A DNA stretch of 35,764 bases from Balneolaceae bacterium (GCA_041641755.1 JBEPXS010000001.1:1-35764), one strand, 5' to 3'; shown: positions 9,587 to 20,263, numbered from the stretch's first letter. The notes: a model not told the origin generated them from the sequence alone. Numbers and translations: made by a program.

Positions 9587-11736
9587 GATCTTCATCTTCA
9601 CCAGAGATTGTTCTTGCCGGTTCTTCCATCTCTTTGGCCGATACACTTTCGGTTGCTTCCGTTTCCCCGGTCTCACGAAATACAATCAAAGTCGGGCAGT
9701 TTACAGCGTTCTGTATCTTGTCGGTGGAGCTTTTAAAAAAGGTCTTTTTTTCGTCGGACTCCGACTCTATCAATACCAGTAGGTCTTCGTCTCCAGCAAT
9801 TTGACTCACGACCTTAACCAGGCTCGGAATTTCAACTTTTGTAATTCGTAGTTGATTTTCTTTAAGTCCGGCCATAGTAAGTTGTTCTGTCGCCAGTCTC
9901 CGTATGGTTTCGGCATCCATATTATTGTTTTCTGTTTCAATAATAACAATCGTTATCGGCAAGCGGCTGGAATAGGCCAGGTTGCGGAGAATCGTTGCCA
10001 TCCTTTTATTGATTTGATCCGGGTTATAAATCGGAACCAGCAAGCGTTTCAGTGAATCGATCTCCCCGGGAATCAGTAATACATGAGAGTGTTGTTCCTG
10101 GATATAGCGATCCAGACTTTTTGAGATATCCGGCGTGTAATTAACTTCGGACTCGACGTCAATATCATACTCTTCAAGCTGGCTCGTGAAATGTTTCAAT
10201 TTTTCTGACATCTTTTCTCCGGATTCTTCCTTGAACTGTTCCGGTGAAGTTTGTTCCGGCAGTTCCTGATATCCCAGCAAGAATAGTTTAAGCCTATCAA
10301 AAGCCTATAGCAATCGGTAGGGAGGTAAGTTAACACCCGAAATTTCAAAAGGTAATAAGATTCTCGGTTCGAGCAGTGAGGGGACTATGTGCCGAGGTTC
10401 AGGAGTTTCCAGGTCAAGCTCTTTCGCATATATCCAATACCAAAACAAGGCGAAAACCATAATACCGAACCCAAAGACAATTGAAAGCGGACGCATCATT
10501 AAAATAAGCCCAAAGCTCGTTGCGGCTCCGACCATCGGGAACAACAAACCTCCCGGGACCCGATAGGTCGGTGCAAACCAGATTGGATTCCATTTTCGTA
10601 GCTTTATCAAAGACAGGCAGATAAAGCCGTAAATGATAAGATGGAGAAGAGAGGCAATCTCGGCCAGTACTTCGACCTTGCCGAGTAAGGTAATTGTCGC
10701 AATAGACACTCCAACTACATATAAAGCAACATGAGGAGTACCGAATCTACTGTTGATCTTGCTGATAAATGAAGGCAGAAGCTCATCTTTACTGAGTGCG
10801 AAGACTGCCCGTGAGGAACTCAGTATAGAAGCGTTGGCACTGGAAAGTGTGGCCAGAAGTCCGGCGCTAATGATTCCATAAGCTCCAAGTCGTCCAACCA
10901 ATGTCTCAGCCACCTGTACCATGGCGGTCTCTCCCAATTGTGCAAGACGCTCGGTCGGAAGAACGCTGGTACTGACGAATATGGTTAATATGTATAGTAA
11001 CATTACCGATATTACACTGCCGGTTAATGCCAGGGGAAGTGTTTTGTGAGGTCGTTTAATTTCTCCGGCAACCGTAGCGATCTGTACAAATCCGAGATAT
11101 GACGTAAAGATCAGTGCTGTTGTCGTAAAAACTGCACCAATCCCTTTGGGTGCAAATGGAATGGGCCAGGTTGAGGAACCGATAATTCCAGTCGCATTCA
11201 GCACACCGAAACTCAGCAGAACGGTCAAGATGACCGTGAGTGCAAGTACAATACCATTTTGCAGATCACCAGCCCGTTTTGTTCCAATGAGATTTACTAG
11301 TGTCAGTACAAGTGCCGATGCAAGGGCAATAAGAATGAAGGGATTTCCTATTGAGAGTCCAACTTCATGTAGTAACTCTACCGTATATTGCCCGAATCCA
11401 ACCAGATAAAATGCACTCGCAAAAATCAGACCGAACCATTGTGCTATCCCTACCAACAAGCCGGCCATTGGTCCAAAACTTCTGGAGACATAGTAGTAAC
11501 CACCCCCCGCTTTCCGGCAGGGCCGTAGCCAGTTCGGCTGTCGGTAGTGCAACAAGCAGGGCGATCAATCCTCCTAAAGCAAAGGATATCATCGCCGCAG
11601 GTCCGGCGTAACCGGCAGCAATTCCAGGGAATATAAATATGCCCGCCCCCACCATTGTACCGATACCGATAGCTAGTGCCGCAGGCAACCCCAAAGCGCG
11701 TTCTAATTTGTCCGTTTGAACGGGTTTGTTCATCAT
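9573..11736 (-). pseudogene. APC-family amino acid permease with a C-terminal soluble USP-like region; frameshift at G6 (11503-11508) and in-frame TAG (10305-10307)
   Basis: [15 protein letters not shown]; [19 protein letters not shown] once one G is removed; SYLGFVQIATVAGEIK; SSSRAVFALSKD; FGTPHVA. The 416-aa and 235-aa ORFs share a frame: PPYRLL*AFDRLKLFLLGYQELPEQT. Confidence 0.85.
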
Positions 11737-12065
11737 GGATTAGAATATCCCGTCTAATAAGTATAAGTGGTAAAAGGGATTACACATTGATAATGGTTGT
11801 TAGTGAAAGAGTCTCAAATAACATTTTTTAAAGCCCTCTTTTAGTTTTGAAATGGATTAATAAATGAAAAATTATAAATCAATTTAAATGATCCAGAGTG
11901 AGTGATAATACTTGAAAACCTGCAAAAATACGTGGGGCCAATACCTACACTCAGAACCAAAAATTGCCTTGGATTAATTATCGAGAGAAATGATACAATT
12001 TTGCTGTGCGCTTTAATCGATGAAGGAATGTAAATAAGTTCTACCAGAATTCTGATCCCATTTCA

Positions 12066-12851
12066 ATGGAAATCAATAATATTCTAGTTCCGACTGACTT
12101 TTCTGGTTACGCAGATAATGCTTTCTCCTTTGCTATTGAAATTGCCCGTACTGCAAATGCGCGCATATTTTTTATGCATTCTGCACAAAGTATCTATTCT
12201 TATTCATTCGAGAGACTGATTGATAAGATTAGTTCAGAAGAAAAATTAGACAATTTAGTAACAGAAACGATAGTGGAAATGGGAGATCCAACAAATTCTA
12301 TTCTGAATCAGCTTGATGAGAAAGATATAGATCTAATTATAATGGGAAGTAAAGGGAGGTCGGGAGTGAGAAAAAGATTATTTGGCAGCGTTACCATGGA
12401 TATTATCTCAAAAACGCCGGTTCCACTGCTGGCAATACCAGAAAAGAGTACCTACAGAGGTTTTGGCAATATTGTATATACAACAGATTATCATACGGGA
12501 GATATAGAAGCCCTGCAGAGTTTAATCTCATTTGCAGATCTATTTGATGCTGAGTTACATATCCTGCATGTAGCTAAAGAGATGGATCTGGAGACCGAAA
12601 TTAAGTACCGGGGTTTCAGAGAACTTGTGAATGAACAGATTGATTATCCTAATTTGATATTTGAAACTATAATTGAAGATTCTTTCTATGTAGGATTTGC
12701 TAATTACATAAAAAAATATGATGCTCGTTTGTTGTCTGTAACCCGGTATAAAAAAACATTTTTTCAAAATTTAATGGAAAAGGATCATACCAGACAAATG
12801 GGCTATCATACCCAAATGCCCCTTCTCATTTTGATTGGAGAAGAGGCATAG
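12066..12851 (+). CDS. Universal stress protein (tandem USP domains)
   Basis: ILVPTDFS, DLIIMGSKGRSG...FGSVT...PVPLLAIP; second domain NIVYTTDY...MPLLIL. Confidence 0.92.
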   Translation: MEINNILVPTDFSGYADNAFSFAIEIARTANARIFFMHSAQSIYSYSFERLIDKISSEEKLDNLVTETIVEMGDPTNSILNQLDEKDIDLIIMGSKGRSGVRKRLFGSVTMDIISKTPVPLLAIPEKSTYRGFGNIVYTTDYHTGDIEALQSLISFADLFDAELHILHVAKEMDLETEIKYRGFRELVNEQIDYPNLIFETIIEDSFYVGFANYIKKYDARLLSVTRYKKTFFQNLMEKDHTRQMGYHTQMPLLILIGEEA

Positions 12852-13004
12852 GACGGATATTATTAAATGATGTTATATTTCTTGATTCCCCCAAGATAAA
12901 AGTAACTTTAGCATCTATCCAGTATTCTGCCACGATTGATTTTCAATAACAGCCTTAATGTATTTCTAAATACACACTTTTTATGTTGTAATTTTGTTCT
13001 CAAT

Positions 13005-13796
13005 CTATTGTAATTGGGATACAACAACCTCCCGCGCACTGCGCTTGATAGAATAAATAATACCCGGTTCCGAACGGTCCCAGGCAATACCCTGGCCCTC
13101 ATTTTCGATCGGGAGAATATCGAGCAGTTTTAGCGTAGACCCTGAATCAGGAAGCCGCATTACATACAGTTCCGGGAGGTCGTGGCCCGAAATATAAAGC
13201 TTACCATCGGGGCCCCATGAACCTCCCGAATTGCTTTTAGTACCAAATCTATGAAGCATCTCTTCTGGGAAAACCCAGGATTCAATTTCATCCCACTGGT
13301 CGTTAAACTGAACAAGGGTGGTCCACCGATTATCCTTGTCAATCTGACTCTCGAACTCGTCATAGTGTGCAAAAACACCCCACCATGCACCGTTATAACG
13401 ATCTATCCAGGTTAGAGAACCACGGTAAATTCCGAAGCTGTGGGAATCAATGTGGTTCATGGTTTCGGCGTCCCAGATTTCGACGGAGCTTGTCATGGGT
13501 ATCTCCGGATAGTTGGAATGAGCCGCGTACAGTTTGCCATCAATGATAACTCCACTATCCAAGTGGGAAATATTGGTTTTGGGAGATGCTTCCCATCGAT
13601 CAACAAGCTGCCCGGACTCTTTTTCGTATTTTCCGATGGCAGTACTGGAAATGGCATAAAAATGATTAGCACCAACTGCGACCGCTTGATGGGCCTCCAT
13701 GGCTGAAAAGGTTTTGAGTGTTTCAAACGAATGTTGAGCTGTTGCGGGAGGTTGTGTAAACACAAAGAGTACAATCAGGAATAAGAAATTTTTCAT
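13005..13796 (-). CDS. Secreted hypothetical protein, probably a beta-propeller
   Basis: Signal peptide MKNFLFLIVLFVFTQPPATA; repeated strand-turn motifs (DGKLYAAHSNYP, SWGPDGKLYISGHD, GQGIAWDRS). Confidence 0.7.
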   Translation of the reverse strand: MKNFLFLIVLFVFTQPPATAQHSFETLKTFSAMEAHQAVAVGANHFYAISSTAIGKYEKESGQLVDRWEASPKTNISHLDSGVIIDGKLYAAHSNYPEIPMTSSVEIWDAETMNHIDSHSFGIYRGSLTWIDRYNGAWWGVFAHYDEFESQIDKDNRWTTLVQFNDQWDEIESWVFPEEMLHRFGTKSNSGGSWGPDGKLYISGHDLPELYVMRLPDSGSTLKLLDILPIENEGQGIAWDRSEPGIIYSIKRSAREVVVSQLQ

Positions 13797-13975
13797 ATTA
13801 TTTAAATCCACTGGAGCTATATTTTTTTGGGCTTTTATCTAAAAAAGCTATTTGAATCTATAAAAAACACCTGTCAAGATCATCTTGGTGTTAAGGGGCT
13901 GAGAGTTGAAGAATAAAAATTGGAGAATTTGATACAGATCATTACTGTTAGAATCTAAATGACAAAAAAATATTT

Positions 13976-14881
13976 ATGAACACAGGAAAGCTTTCGATAT
14001 CAATTCTTCTATTGGCGACAATTATAACTTTGAATCCGTTCTCTTTTGTAAAGGCCCAGCAAGGAACAGATGAAATCATATTGCTCTGGCCCGACGGTGC
14101 GCCTGACGCAGTTGGCAATACCGAGAAAGATAAACCAACTATGACCGTGTATTTACCGGATACATCAAAGATAAGCGGAACCGGAGTGGTTATTTTTCCA
14201 GGCGGAGGTTACACTCACCTGGCGATGGAGAAGGAAGGACATAAAGTTGCCCGTTGGTTGAACGAGCTGGGTGTGGCGGCTTTTGTCATTAAATACCGGC
14301 TGGGTGAACGCTACCATCATCCCTCACAACTGAACGATGCTCAGCAAGCGATTCGGATGGTTCGAGCTAATGCCACCCAATGGGGTTTGAACAAAAATCG
14401 AATCGGAATACTTGGCTTTTCTGCAGGTGGGCATCTTGCCTCAACAGCAGGTACTCATTTTGATTTCGGTGATCCTGATGGCTCGGATCGAATCGGGCGC
14501 CAATCATCGCGGCCTGACTTTATGGTATTAATCTATCCTGTAATTACATTCGGGGATGAATACACTCATGAGGGTTCACGGTTTTATCTATTGGGAGAGA
14601 ATCCCACCCCAAAGTTGGTGGATTATCTTTCAAACGAAAAACAGGTTACAGCACAGACACCCCCTACTTTTCTCGTTCATGGGACGAATGACACAGGCGT
14701 CCCGGTACAAAACAGTATTATGTTCTATGAGGCATTGATAAATCATGACATACCCGCAGAGATGCATCTTTTTGAAGATGGTCCGCACGGTTTTGGTATG
14801 GCTCCGGATGATCAGGAACTCTCGCAGTGGCCTGGACTATGCGAAGCCTGGATGAGGAGCAGAGGATTACTGCGGAATTGA
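13976..14881 (+). CDS. Secreted alpha/beta hydrolase (acetyl-xylan/feruloyl esterase-like)
   Basis: Signal peptide; FPGGGY oxyanion motif, GFSAGG nucleophile, VHGTND and GPHGFG triad motifs. Confidence 0.88.
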   Translation: MNTGKLSISILLLATIITLNPFSFVKAQQGTDEIILLWPDGAPDAVGNTEKDKPTMTVYLPDTSKISGTGVVIFPGGGYTHLAMEKEGHKVARWLNELGVAAFVIKYRLGERYHHPSQLNDAQQAIRMVRANATQWGLNKNRIGILGFSAGGHLASTAGTHFDFGDPDGSDRIGRQSSRPDFMVLIYPVITFGDEYTHEGSRFYLLGENPTPKLVDYLSNEKQVTAQTPPTFLVHGTNDTGVPVQNSIMFYEALINHDIPAEMHLFEDGPHGFGMAPDDQELSQWPGLCEAWMRSRGLLRN

Positions 14882-15036
14882 TTTTGTACAAATTGTCAAC
14901 AAGTTAGACGAATTTCAGGGTAACAAAATAATCTCCGTAGGGCCTTCTACTACAGAACAAACCATCTATTTCCTATACCTGATGAATAGTGCTGAATATA
15001 TACTCCGGTGATCAAACTAAATTAAATACCGGAATT

Positions 15037-16311
15037 ATGGCTGCACAACCACATATTCTCATTTTAGGATCTAATTTCGCTGGATTAACTACAGCGCGGT
15101 ACATTCGTCAATATGCTGGAGATAATGTACGAATGACGTGTGTAGATCGTAAACCTTATTTAACCTTTATACCCAATATCCCGATTGAGGTCTGGAATAA
15201 TAACAACCCGGAGAGAACACTTCATTTGCCATTTATTAAGTTTTTAGATCGGGATAATATAGATTTTATCCAGGGTGATGTTCATGAAGTTGATGTGGAA
15301 AATAGAAAGGTGAGTTTTAAGCCCATAGAACGTTCGGGCTCTGCTATTGAAGAAATTGAGTACGATTATTTAGTGATTGCCCTTGGCAATAAGCTGGCAT
15401 TCGATGAGATCGAAGGATTCGGCAAGTATGGCCATACCTTTACAGATACTTATTATGGCGATAAAATTCGCAGGTATCTGTATGAAGGCGGATACAAAGG
15501 CGGACCTATAGCGATTGGTTCAGACTTGTTTACTCAGGGCAAAAGCGAAAAACTACCTGACATACCGATAGCGGAAGCGGCTTGCGAGGGCCCGCCTGTT
15601 GAAATTTCTTTTTCAATGGCCGAATGGCTAAAAGAACGGGAATTGGGTGGTGCCGAAAAGATCACCATGTTTACACCTGCCGAAGTCATTGCTGAAGACG
15701 CCGGTGAAAAGATTTTGGAGCAACTGCTACCGATGGTTGAGGAAATGGGATATGGGTACAAGGCTGATACCCGGGGCATAAAGCGCATTTATGAGGACGG
15801 CATCGAATTCAAAGATGGCAGTAGTCTGGAGGCGGAACTCAAAATTATTTTTCCAAACTGGAAAGCCCATGATTTCCTCAGAGATTTACCGATTTCTGAC
15901 GATCAGGGGTTTATTGTGACTGATTTGCACATGCGAAATCCAGATTATCCCGAAGTTTTTGCCGTGGGAGATGCAGCTTCGATTACGGTACCCAAGCTGG
16001 GATCCCTGGGCCACCTGGAAGCGGAAGTGTTGGCAAAAGTGCTTGGGGCGGAAGCGGGGGATTATCAACCTAAAGAGGAGATTACCCCACTGGAATTCGA
16101 GTTGATCTGCATGGGAGACATGGGCGGCCATAAAGGCTTTTATATGCACACCGATGAGTGGTGGGGAGGAGATACCAGTATTTTGAAAATGGGCTATACC
16201 CCACATGCTCTGAAAATGGGTTTCAAAGCGATGTATTATACCTTGGGTGGTAAAATTCCGACTTGGGGACTGCCACTTTCAGAAAAAATTGCCGACCATA
16301 CGGTTATTTGA
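15037..16311 (+). CDS. sqr: Sulfide:quinone oxidoreductase-like flavoprotein (resembles archaeal type V/SqrE)
   Basis: ILGSNFAG, YDYLVIALG, GPIAIGS, AACEGPPVE, VFAVGDAASITVPKLG, LICMGD; two Cys at the redox-active positions. Confidence 0.8.
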   Translation: MAAQPHILILGSNFAGLTTARYIRQYAGDNVRMTCVDRKPYLTFIPNIPIEVWNNNNPERTLHLPFIKFLDRDNIDFIQGDVHEVDVENRKVSFKPIERSGSAIEEIEYDYLVIALGNKLAFDEIEGFGKYGHTFTDTYYGDKIRRYLYEGGYKGGPIAIGSDLFTQGKSEKLPDIPIAEAACEGPPVEISFSMAEWLKERELGGAEKITMFTPAEVIAEDAGEKILEQLLPMVEEMGYGYKADTRGIKRIYEDGIEFKDGSSLEAELKIIFPNWKAHDFLRDLPISDDQGFIVTDLHMRNPDYPEVFAVGDAASITVPKLGSLGHLEAEVLAKVLGAEAGDYQPKEEITPLEFELICMGDMGGHKGFYMHTDEWWGGDTSILKMGYTPHALKMGFKAMYYTLGGKIPTWGLPLSEKIADHTVI

Positions 16312-16400
16312 TAATGCGTAGTAAGACAGCAATAATTTGCTTTTTCGACATAGGAAGAGTGATTATTCTGTGTTTGATAAATTCTGGGAACCAATAATAA

Positions 16401-16874
16401 TCAAGATAACTTAGAGAGGTCGATCCATTTTGGGTTGAGCCAGCCGATAACAAGACCAAAAATGAGGTGCAGTATCAGGGTTGAGATCAGGTATTTTGGA
16501 CCGCCCTCCAGGTAAAGCGGATTTGAAGGATCCAGCATATGACCATCACCAAAACCAAACACCCCCCAACCAATGATCGGACTGTAGATCAGCATCATGA
16601 TGAGCCAGGCTGCAATTGCAATTCCCAGGCCTTTTGTGATGTCAGTTTGTTGTTTAAACAGATATACCAGCAATATCGACCAAAAAGCTCCATATCCGAA
16701 ATGTACCAGAAGGGGCAGTGGACCGACAGCAATCCCCAGCTTGGTAAAGAAAGCAGCAGAGGGCGGAATATTGAAGGGAGCAATTCCTGTCCCGTGAATA
16801 CCCAGCATCATCAGCAGGAACATGATTAAACTTCCGATTAAACCAACAATTCCGGCTTTTGTCCAACTGTTCAT
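16401..16874 (-). CDS. Small four-helix membrane protein of unknown function
   Basis: Four hydrophobic segments with intramembrane His (VHFGYG, LHLIFG). Confidence 0.75.
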   Translation of the reverse strand: MNSWTKAGIVGLIGSLIMFLLMMLGIHGTGIAPFNIPPSAAFFTKLGIAVGPLPLLVHFGYGAFWSILLVYLFKQQTDITKGLGIAIAAWLIMMLIYSPIIGWGVFGFGDGHMLDPSNPLYLEGGPKYLISTLILHLIFGLVIGWLNPKWIDLSKLS

Positions 16875-17029
16875 AATATTTATTTATGATTCAAGTTGAT
16901 TCACCCAAATTGATGTAGTGGAGTGGTAAATTCTTACTTAAAAATTGGTCATGATGTGATCGGAAGCGAATTAAATATGCTGAATACTCAATAAAGAGAG
17001 CTTAGGTAAGCAGGGGTGAGGTTAGCAAA

Positions 17030-18301
17030 TCAAATTACAGGAAGTAGTGAAATAATTCCGGCTGCTGAGATCAAAAGTATGAGCCAAATCAGGGGCTTGC
17101 TCTTTTTGAAACCAGCCCAGAAAATAAAAAGTCCGGCTTTGACGAACGTGTTTGTTATTACGGCTATGATTATTCCGGTAATGGCAACTTGAGGGTTCGT
17201 TTCATTTTGAGCCATTCGTGAAAGCGAGAGCGTAATAGCATCTACATCCATTAAACCGGAAAAGAGTGCCAGCAGATAGATACCTTCATCACCGTACCAC
17301 TTTTCCATAGCCGTTGCCAAAAGTAATATAACCCCAAGCAGTAGACCAAACTGTATTGCTGTAAAAAGCTGAAGGGGATTCTTTAACTCAATAGACGGTT
17401 GCTCCTGGGCCAGGTCATGGTGTCGTTTCCAAAGCCAGATACCTCCACTTGCGGTCAGTACCAACATGGTTGTAAGGGGAATCCAAAGAGGATGCAAAAG
17501 TGCCATATTAACGATGGATACCTCAATGGCCACCCTGACGTACATAATTGAAGAAGCAATTAATACGCCTGCAATAAAAATATTACTGATAACCTGTTTT
17601 TGCTGTCGGGCAAACTGTGCCAGGCTCAGTGTTACGGCCGTTGAGGATGCTAAACCGCCAGTAATAGAGGTCAATATAGTGCCTAGTCGTTCTCCCTTGT
17701 ATTTGATAAGAACATATCCCACAAAGGAGAGTCCGGATATAAGAACCACCATCCACCATATCCAGTAAGGATTTAGTGCCTCCCATGGTCCGTATCCCCG
17801 GTTGGGTAGAAGAGGAAGGAAAACAACAGAAATAACCAGCAGCTTGATTCCGGCATAGATCTCTTTAACCTCAATCATGCGTAACCACCGATGTAGTACC
17901 GGTTTGAGGCTTAGCAGCACCATTACCAAAACGGCCGCTCCAAGGGCATGTGCCCGATAACCGAATGTAGCCCACGCACCAAGCGAAAAAGTTAACAACA
18001 GCGCTATCTCGGTGGTGATACCAATATCCTTGTCTTTGTGGACAATCGTCTCAACGGCATATGAAGTGATTATAAGTGCAGAAAACGCCAGAAGGATGAC
18101 AGCGAGTATCCACTCGGTTACGTAATTGGCCATTTCTGCTGAGAGTCCACCAAGCAGACCGACCAAACTAAATGTGCGAATGCCGGCCACACGATCGCCC
18201 TCATCTTCCTTCCGGCCGGTCCAACCCCGCTCAATACCGATAAGCAAGCCCACACCAAGGGCTGCCACCAGGTTCCATAGTATTTTAGTTTCTGTTTCCA
18301 C
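17030..18301 (-). CDS. Second MgtC/SapB-family DUF4010 membrane protein
   Basis: GLLIGIERGW...AGIRTF, GITTE, PLLPNRGYGPW..LNP, GGLASSTAVT, SGLMDVDAITLS; GTG start. Confidence 0.87.
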   Translation of the reverse strand: METETKILWNLVAALGVGLLIGIERGWTGRKEDEGDRVAGIRTFSLVGLLGGLSAEMANYVTEWILAVILLAFSALIITSYAVETIVHKDKDIGITTEIALLLTFSLGAWATFGYRAHALGAAVLVMVLLSLKPVLHRWLRMIEVKEIYAGIKLLVISVVFLPLLPNRGYGPWEALNPYWIWWMVVLISGLSFVGYVLIKYKGERLGTILTSITGGLASSTAVTLSLAQFARQQKQVISNIFIAGVLIASSIMYVRVAIEVSIVNMALLHPLWIPLTTMLVLTASGGIWLWKRHHDLAQEQPSIELKNPLQLFTAIQFGLLLGVILLLATAMEKWYGDEGIYLLALFSGLMDVDAITLSLSRMAQNETNPQVAITGIIIAVITNTFVKAGLFIFWAGFKKSKPLIWLILLISAAGIISLLPVI

Positions 18302-18467
18302 CGCTGCTAATTAATAAAACTTTATGAAGAATAACGTAAAAATTGAAAAGAAAAAGTGTTGGCTAAAAAGTCTAACTTTGTGTGATAAATGCTATCAAAC
18401 CTAAATTAATGGATTGAATTAATAATTCAGTTTAATGATATCAGTATTTCGATATTTATGGAACAAC

Positions 18468-19640
18468 TTATCCATTGCTATTCTGTAGGTCAGGGGTTAA
18501 AATCAATAGTGCCAGTAGCGCAGTACGTTGTATCGTTTCTTCAAGATATATTTTTTCGTTCGAGCTGTGTGCCCCTTCGCCAACAGCACCGAGACCATCC
18601 AGCGTGGCAGTGAATTGACTGGTCAGGTTGCCATCGGAGGCTCCGCCTGAAGTACCTTGCTTAAGCTCCAGGTCAAGCATATCAGCACATTCTTTTGCTT
18701 TATTCCATAATCGGCGGTTTTGCTTGTTTTGCGTCATCGGTTCACGGCCGAATCCACCTGATATTTCTACCGAAACGCCGGAAGTGGATGGGGAAAGGTT
18801 TTTAATTTTTTCTTCTACTATTTCCGCATCTTTTTTTGTCAGCACCCGCACATCAACATCGGCAGAGCTTTCCGGGGCCACAACATTGGTGCTTATCCCG
18901 CCGTCAATTTTACCAACATTTACTGTTATTCCATGTTCCGGGTCGTTCAGTTCAAACAGTTTTTGAATCAAATGTGATAATTCCAGAATTGCACTTCGGC
19001 CTTTTTCGGGCTCCAATCCTGCATGGGAGGATTTGCCCGTCACCCGAATATCATAATGAGCGACTCCCTTCCGGCGTGTTTTTAATTTTCCCTTATTCCC
19101 CAAAGAGGGTTCAAGCACATATACCCGTTTCATTGTCCGGGCTAAAAGCTTTATGCGTGATCTGGAATCATTACTGCCGGTTTCTTCATCAGAATTAATA
19201 AAGAGAACAGGATCGATTGGAGGGGAAAGATCTAAATCCCGGAGCACTTTCAATGCGGTCAGCATCATGGTTACGCCTGCTTTCATGTCATAAATTCCTG
19301 GCCCTGCAATCTCATTTTCCATCTGTTTGAAGGGCATTTCCCCCAGCGTGCCTTCCGGCCAAACCGTATCTATGTGTCCTAGTAAAAGCTGGTATCCGTT
19401 TGTCGATTGTCCGGACTTCCTTGCAAAGAGTTGACCACCACTTTGTTTCCCCGGATATATTTCACTTTTGAATTGTAATTTTTGAAGTACCTTGCTGAGC
19501 TCCTGAAAAAGCTGCCTGTGTTTCTTGGGTTCGTGTGGTGGTGTCTCTATAGTAACCAGTTTTTCCAGCAGACTCAGAAACCACTGGGTTTGACTGCGAC
19601 AGGCATCCAAAACATGTTGTGCAGTTTGGGAATTGACCAT
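18468..19640 (-). CDS. M20 metallopeptidase (carboxypeptidase G2/ArgE-DapE-like)
   Basis: LGHIDTVW, GPGIYDMKAG, NSDEETGS, VLEP, SHAG, GASDGN, GAHS..E. Confidence 0.92.
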   Translation of the reverse strand: MVNSQTAQHVLDACRSQTQWFLSLLEKLVTIETPPHEPKKHRQLFQELSKVLQKLQFKSEIYPGKQSGGQLFARKSGQSTNGYQLLLGHIDTVWPEGTLGEMPFKQMENEIAGPGIYDMKAGVTMMLTALKVLRDLDLSPPIDPVLFINSDEETGSNDSRSRIKLLARTMKRVYVLEPSLGNKGKLKTRRKGVAHYDIRVTGKSSHAGLEPEKGRSAILELSHLIQKLFELNDPEHGITVNVGKIDGGISTNVVAPESSADVDVRVLTKKDAEIVEEKIKNLSPSTSGVSVEISGGFGREPMTQNKQNRRLWNKAKECADMLDLELKQGTSGGASDGNLTSQFTATLDGLGAVGEGAHSSNEKIYLEETIQRTALLALLILTPDLQNSNG

Positions 19641-19643
19641 ATT

Positions 19644-20246
19644 CTACTTTTCAAATTTCTTGGGAAATGGAAAGGCCTGGGAGTCATTGATAATACTAAA
19701 CCTGCCCGGATGGAGATAAGCCATAAGCGGATGATTGTAGATCAATTCATTGTCATCCCTGGAGGGTTTGCGTATAAAATCATTGTCAGCGTATGCTTCT
19801 ACAACCTCTCCCAATATCAGGCTGTTGACCCCAAATCCATCTACCATTTGTACCAGGCGGCATTCCAGGTATAGATAGCTTTCTTCCAAAAAATAACCGT
19901 TGACCGATGATGCCCTGAATCGTGGAATGGTTTCCAGCTCGGGTTTGGTATCATCTTCACACCGCTTGGTTGCCGTAAGACTGGTTGAAATAACCTGGTC
20001 CGGTTTAGGATAGGTTACCGTAAACTCTTCATTATCTTTAATGTTTTGATAAGTGCTGTGTCGGGGTGTGCAAACAAATCCAAAATAGTTGTCCCACCCG
20101 AGCGGAAAGGCCATATGCTTGGGAGCAAAGTTCGGAGTTTCATCATCGTCCATTGAACCGATAATAACAAGCGGATTAACTGTAAATATACGTTCCCACA
20201 TTGTATCAAGGTCGAGAGAGGATATATTGTTATTGCTTTTTTCCAT
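19644..20246 (-). CDS. Flavin reductase-like FMN-binding protein
   Basis: PLVIIGS..D..PNFAP, HSTYQNI....EFTV, LYLECRL...SLILGEVV. Confidence 0.85.
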   Translation of the reverse strand: MEKSNNNISSLDLDTMWERIFTVNPLVIIGSMDDDETPNFAPKHMAFPLGWDNYFGFVCTPRHSTYQNIKDNEEFTVTYPKPDQVISTSLTATKRCEDDTKPELETIPRFRASSVNGYFLEESYLYLECRLVQMVDGFGVNSLILGEVVEAYADNDFIRKPSRDDNELIYNHPLMAYLHPGRFSIINDSQAFPFPKKFEK

Positions 20247-20263
20247 TAGGATAGAATTTTTCG

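Noticed and set aside
11740-12060. Possible small ORF or ncRNA between the permease and USP genes
   Set aside because: Only a short open stretch (about 43 codons) with no recognisable similarity or stable structure.
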